Positions 41,772-53,889 of a stretch of 64,000 nt of DNA are shown here, in pieces. Numbering within the stretch: the stretch's first letter is position 1; each line of letters opens with the position of its first letter. The notes below the pieces were generated by a model. That model was not told the DNA's origin, ran no database searches, and was given only the letters and a program-made list of their open reading frames with translations. The DNA is from Camelus dromedarius. Lineage: Eukaryota. The stretch is taken from contig NC_087437.1 of the NCBI RefSeq assembly GCF_036321535.1, forward strand, positions 75,084,001 through 75,148,000. The letters run 5' to 3'. The position numbers were made by a program, and so were the translations under genes.

Positions 41772-43121
41772 TGACTCCTGCTCTGAATGCCATGTGTAAC
41801 CTTGATTTATATGAATAAAAATCTCTCCAAAAGTAAGGGTTCAGTTAGGTCAGCAGGTTTTCCAGCTCTTGATCCACATACTGCCCAGACCTCCAATCCT
41901 AGCACCAGACCTCCAGGCCAGACCCCACAAAGAGCAAGTGGACCGGGCTCCATGCCAATAAAGACTGACAGCACCCGCAACACCCCATCTCCCACTGCCA
42001 AAAATCGTGGGTCTTTGCCAGATTTATGCATGAACTATTGACTTGCTGGCAATAGAGTGAGATTAGTGAGAATTCAGAGGACCAACAGAAATGGGAGGGT
42101 GTCAGGACTAGCGTAATCTCAGACATCACGGAGACTTGTGCCAATAGGGAGTGCTGAAGACACACCCCAGATGTTGTGGTTGGCATTTGAAAGCTTCAGA
42201 AACAGCCAGGGGGTTAAATTCTTCCCTCATTCTGAGCTGGAAATTCTTAATATGAGGGAGGAAGTGCAGCACAAAGAAGGAGGGGCCGTCAAAGCAGAAC
42301 TAACTCCTAGACTCTGATGTCTGGGCACAACTGCCAGGTTTGGATATGTGACAATAGATCATTGTCCTTATATCTGCTGACACAGCTTTGAGGCCTCATA
42401 CATAGCTCAGAGCTCTTGGGCAGGGCTTGGCACAGAAGAGACAAAATGATGATAATGGAGGCTGATTGCAGAGGAGCACGTCAGTGAGTGTGACATCCAT
42501 GAGGATTATGCTTGGGGGAGGTGAACTGCGAAAAATTGAATATGGAAACTAGCAGTTGTCAGAATTCTTCTCCCCAAGCCCCACATGCTCCTGTTTAGTT
42601 TTATAATAAATATCAATTGCCCAGTAGGAGGGGAGAGAGTCAACATCCATCACCAGACATCTGGCTTTGGAAACACTTTGCTGAGAACACAACCTGTGAA
42701 ACTGAATCTGCACAGCTTTGTTCTCTGCTGGTCTCAGGCAGTCTTGTAGCCAGAGAAAGAAATCACTTTGCTATTTTGTCTTATGGTTTTATTTCTGTTA
42801 TGGCATAAGACTTCTTGGCTGCATAATTTTCTGGACTTCCCTCATTACACCCAATGATCCCACTGAAATGTGAAATGTATCAAATTAGCAAAGGCCATGG
42901 CTTATCCCACCTGTCAGGCTTCATTTGGGCTCAGAAAGGGGGAACAATGTCAAAGTGCAACACAGAGGAGCAGAGAGACTTGGCTTTCCCACCACCTCTG
43001 TGACTGGAGGTCACTCATTTGTGGCCTGAGGTAAGCCACAACAACCATCTCAGTCTTGGACTGACTTATCTTTTGAATCAGAGGGTAAATTCAGTTATCT
43101 CCAAAGGCCCTGATATTTCTA

Positions 43122-43253
43122 ACCCTCTGGTGCTGAGCTCAGGCTGACATCTGAGACATGGACTCTTAGGCTTCATCCTCAAGTTTTCTTTCCTATAATG
43201 ATACGTGGATCACTAGAGGATGGAGTGTTGGAAAGATATCTTGGAAATTTCCC
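43122..43253 (+). repeat. Local direct duplication A, copy 2
   Basis: Aligns with 41641-41771. Confidence 0.9.
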
Positions 43254-43578
43254 CAAACAGACTTCAGAGGAAAGAATTAACAGAGATCTCTGTACCACTT
43301 CTGCTCAGTATTCCTGAAAAATGTCTCATTTCTCTGAACGAGAAATAAAGATTTTGAGACTATCCTCAAAAATAGTAGGGGGCCCTCCCTCTCCTCTACC
43401 CAAGACATCCCACTGGTAAGAAAGCTTGGAAGGGGTCATAGGAATGCAGCCAAGCATCCCTCCTGAAGCTTCCACAGGAAGGAGGATCCAAGGACTCTGA
43501 CGACAGCCAGCCGGCGTTCCATTCTGAGCCATCTGCAGGAGTGTTGGAGAAATTGTGCTCTTCCAATGAAGAAAAGCG

Positions 43579-43599
43579 ACACACACACACACACACACA
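43579..43599 (+). repeat. (CA)n microsatellite
   Basis: acacacacacacacacacaca is visible. Confidence 0.9.
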
Positions 43600-43804
43600 A
43601 CATACTCACTCCTATTTGCTGACCTTTGTAGACCACCATTCTCTTCTCACCAGATACTCTTCCAAAACACAAACTGTCCCACGACTGCCGTAGAGCTTCC
43701 ACTTAAACATCAAGGTATTTTCAAGCTCCTTGGAAGCTAGGTTGACAACTATAGCCAACCTATGACTTCCTTTTTAAAATTAATGTTCATGTTTCTGTTT
43801 AAAT

Positions 43805-44205
43805 GATCTATTTCTGGGTATCAATTCACTGCAAACTGGTGCCTGAAACAACAATAATTTATTATTTCTCATGACTCTGGGGGTTGGTTCCTCTGCTGGG
43901 TTCCCCTGGGCTTGCTCACTCATTTGGCTGCATTCAGCTGGCGAGGCGACTGGCTCGAAGGGTCCCTGATGCCTTCACTGCTGTCTGGCAGCTGGTCCTG
44001 GCTGTTGGCTGGGGCACCTTAGTTCTCTCCTGTGAGGCCTCTTGTTCTCTCTCCAGTAGGCTAGGCTGGCTTCCTCACATGGTGGTTTCAGGGCAGCACT
44101 TCGGGAAAACAAAGTAGAAGCTGCGAGGCTTCTAATGGCCTAACATCAAAAGTTATACAGCATCATTTCTGCCACATGTATTGGTGAAAACTGATCACAA
44201 GGGCC
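43805..44205 (-). mobile_element. MLT1 (old MaLR) LTR, antisense
   Basis: aaacaacaataatttattatttctcatgactctg...gcttcctcacatggtgg...catcatttctgccacatgtattggtgaaa...cacaagggcc. Confidence 0.75.
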
Positions 44206-47200
44206 CTCAAGTTGACTCAGGATAGAACCAGAGAGAAAGATAAAATAGATCCTTATGCAAACATTCATCCATTTATTTATTCAACCAACCAACAACTATT
44301 GACACCTGCCATGGGCCAGACACTGTGCATGCTGGAGATACGGAGAAGAATTAAGAAATGATTCTTGCTTTTAAGCAACTTAAAGTCTAGTAAAGCACCA
44401 GACATTAGGGAAAAGAAACAACTGGGCAGTGAAGAGACACCTGCTGGTGTCCACTTATTTAGGCTATGGAACTACAATGCATCCACAGTGAGACCCTTAT
44501 ACTTCAAGTTATTTGTGGCATTAAGCTTGTCTCACCACTAAGAATAAACAAGTCAGAAACATGACTCTTTTCCAAAGCATAACTTAAACCTAGGCACACC
44601 TATACAAGAATCTCCCAAGTTGTTTGTTACCAAATCACTACAAATACCAAAGAGGATTCCAGGCTCAGCCACAGGCTTTTCCAGACGAGTCTTCAATTGT
44701 GAGTCTCTACTGCCTGGTGTGGAGCCCAGGTCAGCCAGTCCACACTCCTTCCTTCTTCCTAAAGTGTCCACATTTGGGATCTTGGTGTCCTTTTGTGTTA
44801 GTGGGACTCAATCACAACCTTCTCAATCCTCCAACTTTGAGTCTAAAGAACCATCTCAGTCTTAAAAGTATGATTCTAAACATAAGATTCTAAAATGTTT
44901 GAACTTCAGTGTGGAAGTGTTGGAGGCCCTTCCTCCCAGCAACCTCTTTGGCCCCTTTATACGTTTGGCCATCTTCTCCCAGGGACCCAGCTCAGCACTC
45001 CAGGAATCTTAAGAGTAGAGTGAACCAAAAACTAGCCAGATGCTCCCCAATCCTGTGTACTATTCCTGGGTACATGAAGACAATTTGCCAGTCAGATTTA
45101 ATTCAGTGATTATGCTAGAAGTTAGACAGAACCTGATATCAGGGAATGCTACCAACATGGGCGTTTTTTTAGGCGGCCATATGGAGAAAACAAAACCAGA
45201 AACCTGATTAGGCTCTGTAAAGGCATATTTATTAATCATGTATGTCAGCTGCTTACCATATACGGCCAATTACCATGCAGCACAACAATCATCATGTCAC
45301 TGAAATGCATGTGGATCAGTTTCATGGTAGATTTTACCTGTCTCTCTGTATACGCGTGGATCTAGAGATAGAGAGCTAGAGACACGTGGGTGTGCTCAGG
45401 CCTCTCAGTTTGTCCCGCATCAGTTCTGTTCTCCTCTCACAACTTTAAAGAATTAAACGGTACATGGCTCCTAACCTGCCTGGGTTATGGTGGCTCTCCC
45501 CCTACTGACAATTGGGGGCACTTTCAAAAAGCGTCAATTGGAGAGTCAAATGGCTGGGCATCCACTCCTAAGAATATGGCAGGAGTGATACTGCCAAAGA
45601 TCTTTTGGCAGCCCGACTACTTTTTACTGCCTCCTCTTGAGCGTGGGGCAGTTTCCACAGGTGTCTCCTCTTTTACGGGGGCTCTTGTCAATCTCCCCAT
45701 GGACCGATTCTTTGTCCTGAGTCAGAGCCCGGGAATCCCCCGTTGCTTCTCTTTAGCCAGCACACAGAGACAGACAGGCAGATTAACAAGTAGGGAAGAG
45801 GGCGCTGAGCTAGGATGGCTGCCACAGCACATGGTCCCAGGGTGGATTTGATCATGCAGACTTGATACATGTCTCCTTTAAACCACTCCACTGAAATGCT
45901 GTCCCTTCCAGGAAAATTCACATGCCTGTGCCGCCTCTAGACTCCATCATGCTCATCCTCTTTTCTTTGACTTCTTCCTCTCTATTGTCTCCTCCAGACC
46001 ATCTTCTTTCATTATCCCCTCCCTAGTGTCCCTCCCCGTAATCATTCTCCACCCAGTAGCTTTCTCTTGCCACAGCTGAATCTGTTAGCCAACATTAGCA
46101 CAACTAACTTGACAATAGATAATGCCAGGAACATACTGTTGTCTGTATTTGACATTTCCAGCATCCAAAGGGACAATAGCTTTGGACAAATCAATTCATT
46201 TAACCGTTCTAGGATACTCTTTTTGACCACTGGAACACAAACTTTCTTCTAAGAGCCAATTTGCACCCAATTAGAACCCTGATGAGTAGAGAGACTTTGT
46301 GGTTTCACAGCTAATTGAAAGCATCAACTCATCATCCCAGCACCAGTTTTTCCCCTTGCTTGATGATGCAGAAGTCTTCAGGCTAATCAGGTACCTGTGT
46401 AACCACTGAGCAGATCCCAAGATCATTTTTGCACTTTGCCCTATCTCCAAGCAATTCCATGACTAATCTCTGCTCAGTGTGGATCAGCCTCTCAATTTTT
46501 ATCTGCATCTCAGTTTTTATATCGAATATCTACTTGACTGATTTCTCATGTAGTATCTAAAGTATATGGATTCACAAGATGAAATAGCAGCACTTTAATG
46601 CCTCATCCAAGAGCGCTCCAACTCTAGTCAAAAACTGAGCTAGAAACTCGTGTTTGAGAGATCCACAAACTTTCTGTGGCTCTAAATTTTCTTGGTCTCC
46701 TGTTATTTTTTCAGATGTGCCATGAGTTTTAAAAAAATTAAGCATACATTTCAATGAAGTTTAAAAACTATAAACATGTAGTAATATGTTTATGCTGAGA
46801 CATATACGAAACAGAAAAATGTTAAAGAATGAGAAAAAATAAATAAAAATAGAAGCTCTGTTATTTACTTCTTATAACTCAATGGCTTAGTCTGTGCCCC
46901 TCTAGAGGTCTACATTCCACACTGAAAACCCCCACTCCCATGTACAAGGGAAGGCAGAGGGAAACAGTGCTCTGTCTTAGCTTAACCTGTAACAGGCAAA
47001 CCTGTCCCAGCCCCATCTTTCCCACCTTTACTCTTCCCAGTTGCACAGTTACTTTTACTCAGATTTATGGTCTCCTCTTTGCAGCCTCTGTCCTATGCTA
47101 TCAAGTTTTCAAACTTTATTTCTATAAAGTAAAATAAAATGCAAAGTAATCAGTGAAGAATTACAGGGGGAGAGGAGATAAAGTAGACTGAAAATGTACC

Positions 47201-48237
47201 TCCTCCTTTGGGCCATTGGGAAAGAAGTGCATTCTTAGGAAGAGGGCGGCTCTAAGGAGAGAATGATAAAAAGACTCCACTTAGTTTATCTACAGATTTT
47301 GGAGGAACAAAACCCTTTCTTCCACCTTCTCTGTATAGGACTTTCTGAACATTTTCAGGGAATGCTGAGGTGGAAGCTCTATCATACAATACCTGATCTC
47401 AATGTCTTAACACTATAAGCAGTGACTATTGAGGGTAGGGATGCAGGCAAGAAGCAGGGTGCATCGTCTATAGAGAATTTAAAAGCAATATTAAATCTGA
47501 GGAAAAGTCAATTTGACACCTGTTATCATCATCCACTGGCAATTCTAAATAATGTCAATGGTAAAATACTCCTCCTCTAAAACATTATTTGTTAGCCTTA
47601 ACAATGCTATGATTACTGTTCAGTTTTAATAATATTCATGTAAGCTCCAAAGTAGCACATTTTTGTTACTCATCTTTTAACTAGCATTGTATTCTACATG
47701 AAAGTTAATTGAGAAAACTTCCAATTTTACCGTTTGGTCCCATGTACTTGGCCTCAGCTGTATGCCTTCATTTTTAAAGTAAGTTTGTAACAATTAAAAA
47801 ACATTCAAGTCTGCATTTGTGTCTGCAGTTCCTATCCTGCTACGTATTCCAGCAGTTAAACAGTAGAATCTAAATAAGCAATGGTAGCCTGATGATTAAA
47901 ACAAATTAAGAGTATGTGAATTACACCAATTTGGTCATTATACATCATTAAGTTGAGTTTAATTGTGTTTAAAATTTAAATTCAGAGTGTGCAAACTGAG
48001 AAGTACAATGTTTTTGTTTGGTAAGTACAAATCTTAGTTCACACAAAAATGTTATTCTGAATTTAAACAGCATCTTTAAAATTGACATTTGCTCTTTTTA
48101 ACAGTTTTTGTTTTGTTTTAAAACTAGAGGATGAACTAAGAAATAATGATTATTACTGATCATAACATACTTACTACTGGAAATAATTTTGTTATATAAA
48201 GGATGGGAATGTTAAAGAATGATCCCCTCTGGGCAAG

Positions 48238-48405
48238 GGGGCTGGGGAGGGTGAAATGGGTAAAGGAGTCAACTAGATGGTGACAAATGAAAACTAGACT
48301 TTTGGTGGTGATCACACTGTGGTGTACTCAGAAGTCGAATTATAATGTCATATGCATGAAATTTATATAATGTTTTAAGCCAATATTATCTCAAGAAAAG
48401 AAAAA
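48238..48405 (+). mobile_element. L1 3' end fragment
   Basis: gggtgaaatgggtaaaggagtcaact...actagacttttggtggtgatcac...atttatataatgttttaagccaat plus an A-rich tail. Confidence 0.75.
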
Positions 48406-48445
48406 TCTAGAATATGTAATGAATTTCATCCAATTACTGTTAAGC

Positions 48446-48924
48446 TGTCGACTGAAATAAATGTGCGGACTAAAAGTTGAGAATTATGTTTTATTTGGCA
48501 GGAGGACTTGAGCCGGGATGACAGCCCCTCAGATGGCTCTGAGGGACTTCTCTGAAGAGGTAGGGGAGGAGCTAGGATATATAGGAGCTTTACAACAAAG
48601 GCCAGGTAGTTGGAATAATAAAAGATTACTTGTTATCTAAAGAAAAACAGACATCTCAAGTTAAAGAACTTAGTGCTTTTCTGTGTATGGGAGAAAGCAA
48701 ACATTTGGGCTCACTGAATTCATTTCTTTGACAAGCACCTAGCTGTGTAGGGCCAGTATCCTGTCCTTTCTTATTCTGAGTCCCCTCAGAGTGCACCATC
48801 GTGAGTGGCTGCAGAGGCTGGGCTGCAGGCTTGTCTTCACTGGGCGGTGGTGGCAGCCGCTGATGACTTGATGGCTTCAGCATTCTTTGTTTACTGATAT
48901 GGTTTGCAATATTTTTCGTTCACA
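48446..48924 (-). mobile_element. ERV1-type solo LTR
   Basis: TGT...ACA termini; 4-bp flanks aagc/aagt; minus-strand AATAAA (tttatt, ~48491) and TATA-like tatat (~48577). Confidence 0.8.
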
Positions 48925-49039
48925 AAGTCTAAAAAAAAATCTGTAGAGGGTCGAAATGGAAATTTAAATTCAGAAAACTAGTAATAATATAGAAATTTGA
49001 CTATTAAATGGAAGCTTTACTTTTTAGAATCTGTTTTTA

Positions 49040-49305
49040 GGGTTTTTAAAATTGTGGTAAAATACATATAACATAAAATTTACCATCTTAACTACTTTAA
49101 GTGTACAGTTCAGCAGCATTAAGTACATTCACCCTGCTGTGCAACCAATCTCCAGAACTCTTTATCTTGCAAAACTAAAACTCTATAGCCATTGAACAAT
49201 TCCTTCTTTTTCCCTCTTGCCAGTTTCTGGCAACAACTCTTCTGCTTTCTATCTCTAAATTTGACCAGTCGATCTAGTCTGCATAAGTGGAATCATTACT
49301 GTTCT
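49040..49305 (-). mobile_element. L1 (L1MA/MB-like) 3' end, antisense
   Basis: ttgtggtaaaatacatataacataaaatttaccatcttaac...gtacagttcagcagcattaagtacattcac...ccaatctccagaac. Confidence 0.85.
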
Positions 49306-49429
49306 GCTTATTATTATAAGTGTAATCCATGTTCAGGTTGTATCCACACATTAATACAAGCTTCATGTTTGCATTTTAAAAAATGGGTGGTAGGTATCAA
49401 ATTGCTATGATATATAAATTTCATTGGAT

Positions 49430-50053
49430 TGATGCGGGAAAACAGATGTGGGGCGTGAGAAGGGCTGAGTCCCAGGTCTTGGCTGAGCCCCTGGGACATG
49501 CCCCGCCAAGTGTGGGTCCTTGGCATCGCACAGGAAAAAATTCAGTGCGAGCCACCATGGAGTATAGGCAGATTTATTTAGAGTGATACATACTGCACAG
49601 AGTATAAGGCAAGAGAGAGGCAAGGGAAGAGGTGTGGGAATTGGGTGCTCAGGTTAAAGTAAAGGTAGGTACACAATCCACAGAGTGTGGGCCGTCTCCA
49701 AAGAGGAGAGAGCGAAAGGGCCGTGGTGTTATCACTTTTTATGATCTCAGTAACTTCACACGCCTACAAGTGGGATCAATTCAACTGCCCTGGGGAAGGG
49801 GCTGGGATTACCAGGAATTGGGCCACCGCCCAGTCTTTGGCCTTTTGCGGTTAGCCTCGGGGCTGTCATGGTGCCTGCGGGCATGTTATTTGATCACACT
49901 GTTACAGTGAGCATATAACGAAGCTCAAGGTCCACCAGAAGTTAAACTTCTTAATCCTTAAGGCCCACTAGGAGGTGGATCTTCCACCGTTTTGGTGTTA
50001 AATTGCTGTCATTCCTAGAGTGGCTGTTGCCCGCCCCCTTCCCTGCTGTCTCA
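49430..50053 (-). mobile_element. ERV1-type solo LTR, relatively young
   Basis: TG...CA termini with a perfect 4-bp TSD ggat (49426-49429 and 50054-50057); CpGs retained; minus-strand AATAAA (tttatt, ~49574). Confidence 0.85.
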
Positions 50054-51420
50054 GGATAAATTTAATGAGTGTTTATTTTAAACTGGTACTATGTCAGAAA
50101 TGACACTCTTTGCCACTACCTAAACTTAAGCATTAAAGTTCTGAATGTAAATTCAAAAGGTGCGAGGCAATATGGATTTTTCCAAATTTTGTTTAGGGAG
50201 TATGTGAATAAAAAAGAACCCAATGATCCGAATCTGATGGGTCTTTTGTTTTATAAATAAGATTAATGATTTGCATACAGTCGAAGACCTAGTTGACTGT
50301 AATGCTTCAGAAAGAACCTGAGACTCCTGACACCTAAGAGCTCCTTCCAAGCATAGATCTTGTCCATAAATTTTATACATTTGTTTCAATTTTTAGTGCA
50401 CTATTCACCTATAATCTCATGTGTGAATAACCTGAAAAGCCAGGGATCTTTTATAATTAAAAAAACCTCTATATCTCTGATATGTTAGATTTTTATATGA
50501 CAAATGTAAATTGTTGAACCTATATTTGGTTTTTGTATTTTGTTTTAAGTAAGATTAAGTATATTACCCTATCTATGATATATACTAATATGGATTTACA
50601 GAGGTAGGAGAGATCAGAAACATAACAGAAGAATAAACTAAGGCACAGTGAAGTAAATTGCCCCAAACAGCCTTCAGGAAACTCTGAACTTTATTTGGAA
50701 TGTTAAAAACATGAATTATGTGACTATTCATAAATATTTCTTAATCTTTTAAAAAAAGGGATCCTTTAAGAAATTTCAAAATAAATGAATGGAATAAAAA
50801 ATTAATAATCCCCTCTGGGTGTTAAATGCCAGTGACCACAAGTGTTGCCCGGAGGTAGTGGTCACTCTCCCTGCTGTCCAGGCTTATTTTAGCCCAAGTT
50901 CTCTCTTGTGATCCTGTTCTCTTCTCTCTTCCTGTCATTCTCAATAAACCTACTAGTCAGTGCAATTCAATTCATATCTTTAAATCAATGTGCTTCTGGT
51001 CATCCACTCCCCAGTCTATCACTTTCTTCACCTGATTCCCTCAAGCAAAATCTGATTTCTCTTCTTTTGTTAGATGATCTATACTATTATATCATCTCTG
51101 GACTGATTACTCTCAAATTTGTATCTCTGACTCTCACCTTTCCCCTGAACCCCAGACTTGTATGCGTAATTCCTTAAGTCAGAGCTCCACCGGGATGTCT
51201 AACAGGCATATGAAATGGATCATGATCAATATGACCTAATGTTCTTGCCAAACCTACTCTTCCTCCTGGGGTCCCCATTTCTATAAATGGCATCACTCTT
51301 CAACAAGTCATTCAGAACGTAACTTTGATCTTTCCCTGATCTCTTTCTCCTGTACCCCATACCCAGTCTATCAGGAAACCCCAAAGAGGCTCAACCTCCT
51401 CTGTATAACCCAAATCCACC

Positions 51421-51752
51421 TGTAGTAGAGAATAACCTTTGTTTTGTTGGAGGTTTACAGGGACACCATGACCTAGCCCACGGGGATGCCTGCAAGAACA
51501 AAGAATGCCTGAAGCAAGAAGATTGCAACAATCAACCGTACCTCCTCCCTTATTTTCCCTCCCCCTCCTTTATTTTTCATATAAAAGGAGCCTGTATTCT
51601 GACTAGCGAAGATGGTTCTCCAAGACATTAGTCTGCCATCCTCTTGGTCTGCTGGCTTTCCAGATGAAGTCATTATTCCTTGCCTCAGCACCTTGTCTCC
51701 CGATTTATTGGCCTGTCATGCGGCCAGCAGAACGAGTTTGGACTCGGCAACA
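51421..51752 (+). mobile_element. ERV1-type solo LTR (sense to RETNLB)
   Basis: TGT...ACA termini; flanks cacc/catc; TATA-like tataaaagg at ~51580; 3' text ccgatttattggcctgtcatgcggccagcagaacgagtttggactcggcaaca resembles laurasiatherian ERV1 LTRs. Confidence 0.8.
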
Positions 51753-52073
51753 CATCCAATTCTCACTCCTTCCCCAACTACCACCTGATACCTGGAACCC
51801 TACAAAAGCCCGCAGCCTGGTTTCCTTGTTTACCTGTTTCCATCCAACCTCTTTTCCACAATAGTGGACTCAAAAAGCTGTATAAAACATAAATCATCTC
51901 ATGTCACTCCCCTGAGCAAAACATTCCAGTAATTTCCTGTCAGATTTGCAGTGAAACCCGGAGCCCTGGAGTTGGTGTACACGTGCTGTGGAATCTGGCC
52001 CTAGCTGTGTTTTAGACCTCTTCTGACGTCTCTTTCCCTTCCTCCCTTCACTCTGTCCAGCCACGCTGCTTTC

Positions 52074-52598
52074 TGTAGGAGCACACTCATGGGTTAATAA
52101 GCTGTAGGGCTGCAATGCAGAAAACTGCTGCTCACACACCTTGCTTATCTTAGGTGTGGGTTGCTAGCTGCAGGGCTGCTTCTGCTTCTTGGAAAACCAT
52201 TACCTTTTGCCTTGCTGAAAACAGCAGAGCATTCTTCACTTATCTACTTGGATCTTGATCTTCATGGGGTCTTTGTGCCTGCCTGGTTTCCATTATCGAT
52301 TGTATACTCCTTAGACATTGTAAACTTCTCCCTAAATATATAGATTAAGATTAATGTTTCTGTTTTTCACAAAACTGCTGACCTGCACCTGCACGTACAC
52401 CATGCCCCTAACACATTCCTATGACGTGTTTTACCTTAATCCTTTGTCTGACTGTTCTCAATAAATACCAGAGTTTTGGAGAGGGTCAGGGGGTTGGAGT
52501 TGGTCTCTGGCTCCCTTTCACTCTCTTGACTTGTTAGAGTAATTCATTCTTCCACGGTGGGTCTTTGCAGGACAAAGCCCATAGCGTTTGTTGCTATA
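52074..52598 (+). mobile_element. Probable ERV solo LTR nested in L2
   Basis: Starts tgtagg; AATAAA at ~52460; interrupts L2 text that resumes after 52598; flanks ctttc/ccttc. Confidence 0.55.
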
Positions 52599-53368
52599 CC
52601 TTCAGCACAACAACCATCTCTCTGCCTCGGGCCCCTCCTTGTCTCTTTCCTTGGACCATCTTTCCTTGCTTTTCCTATGCCTCACCCAAACTTCTGCAGA
52701 TCATTGTTTCAAGTTTCCTTTTCTAAGACACCTTCCCTGAACACACTGCTTGTGTACAGCAGCATTGAGGCACGCTCAATTGCCTTGGCTTGACTTCTTT
52801 TCCTTCAGGGCATTTTTCACCATCTGACATAATATATATTTATCTCCCACCTTAGAATGTAGTCTCAAGAGGGCAAAGGAAGGACTTTGTCTACTTTGCC
52901 CACTGCTGAGTCACCAGAGCTCAAGTTGGTTCAGAGAAGCTCTATAAATGGTCATTGAACTAAGAAATGAATTCATCTACCCAACTTCTACACCAAATCC
53001 AAGTCTATGCTCTTTTTGTTCTCTATCACTCTTTCTTTCCCGCAAACTCCTATCTGGTAATTAAGGAAGCATCCTTGCCTTTTCCTGGCATCACTGACCC
53101 CTATTCTCAAAGTTGCCAAAGGGAGATATATAGAAGAAATAGCTGTTCACTGGAGCGCATCTCTAGGGAAGGCAACAGTGAGGCTGACCATGCAGAAGCA
53201 GAGCCAGGCTCCCCCGACCCCGACCACCACCCGACTGCCTCCAGTAGTGGTCATCTATCAGCCATTCTCTACTCCTTTATCTTGCTCTTGAATCATAGGA
53301 TTCAATATGGTGACCATGTGCCCTGTCCTGGAGGATGAATCACAGCACTCCTGCTCCTCTTGGCCATA

Positions 53369-53875
53369 TACAAGTCCTCATCTTTTACCATATTCCAAAA
53401 TCTAAAAGGCTTTAGTGGGGAGGGCATAGCTCAGTGGTAGAGTGCGTGCTTAGCATGCATGGGCTTCTGGATTCAATCCCCAGCACCTCCATATAAATAA
53501 ATAAACAAGCAAACAAACCTAGTTACCCCCCCAACCACCAAATAAAAGTCTTTTTAAAAAAAAAACAAATCTAAAAGGCTCTAAAAGTCTAAAAATGTTT
53601 CCCCAAGTTTGAGACTAACTCATTTGGCAGCAAAATTGGATAGAGCCTTGGTGTCAGGATCTTTTTGGTCCTTATCCCCCATTTTGTGAATTTTCATTCA
53701 TTATTGCAGCAGACATTAATGTGTTTTATTACAGGATGCTGCTGCAGGCCTCCTTGGTACTAAGTATAGCCAAATATACAGAATTTGCACTCTCTTACCT
53801 TCTAAAATCTGAAAAATCCAGAGCTCTGAAACACATCTGGGCCAGGGATCTTGAATAAGGGATTGTGGAGCAGTA
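53369..53875. mobile_element. Probable TcMar-Tigger-type DNA transposon relic hosting the SINE
   Basis: Degenerate inverted ends (tacaagtcctcatctttt / ataagggattgtggagcagta) and aaaatctgaaaaatcc motifs. Confidence 0.4.
53417..53566 (+). mobile_element. Camelid tRNA-derived SINE (Vic-1 type) with TSD
   Basis: ggggagggcatagctcagtggtagagtgcgtgcttagcatgc...gattcaatccccagcacctcc (Pol III A and B boxes), A-rich tail, TSD aaatctaaaaggct at 53398-53411 and 53567-53580. Confidence 0.92.
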
Positions 53876-53889
53876 CTAAATTTCTCAGC

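Larger units (their letters stand above)
51090..52970 (+). mobile_element. L2 fragment split by two LTR insertions
   Basis: ctgaaccccagacttgtat...ggatgtctaacaggcat...; atctcatgtcactcccctg..aaaaca..ccagt; ends ccactgctgagtcaccagagc...ataaatggtcattgaa. Confidence 0.7.

Noticed and set aside
45390..45851. Longest ORF in the track (153 aa)
   Set aside because: Non-ATG start, no recognisable domain or exon structure; the region looks like degraded LTR-type sequence.
53417..53490. tRNA-like sequence with A and B boxes
   Set aside because: Has an A-rich tail and TSD and lacks a proper cloverleaf; it is a SINE, not a tRNA gene.
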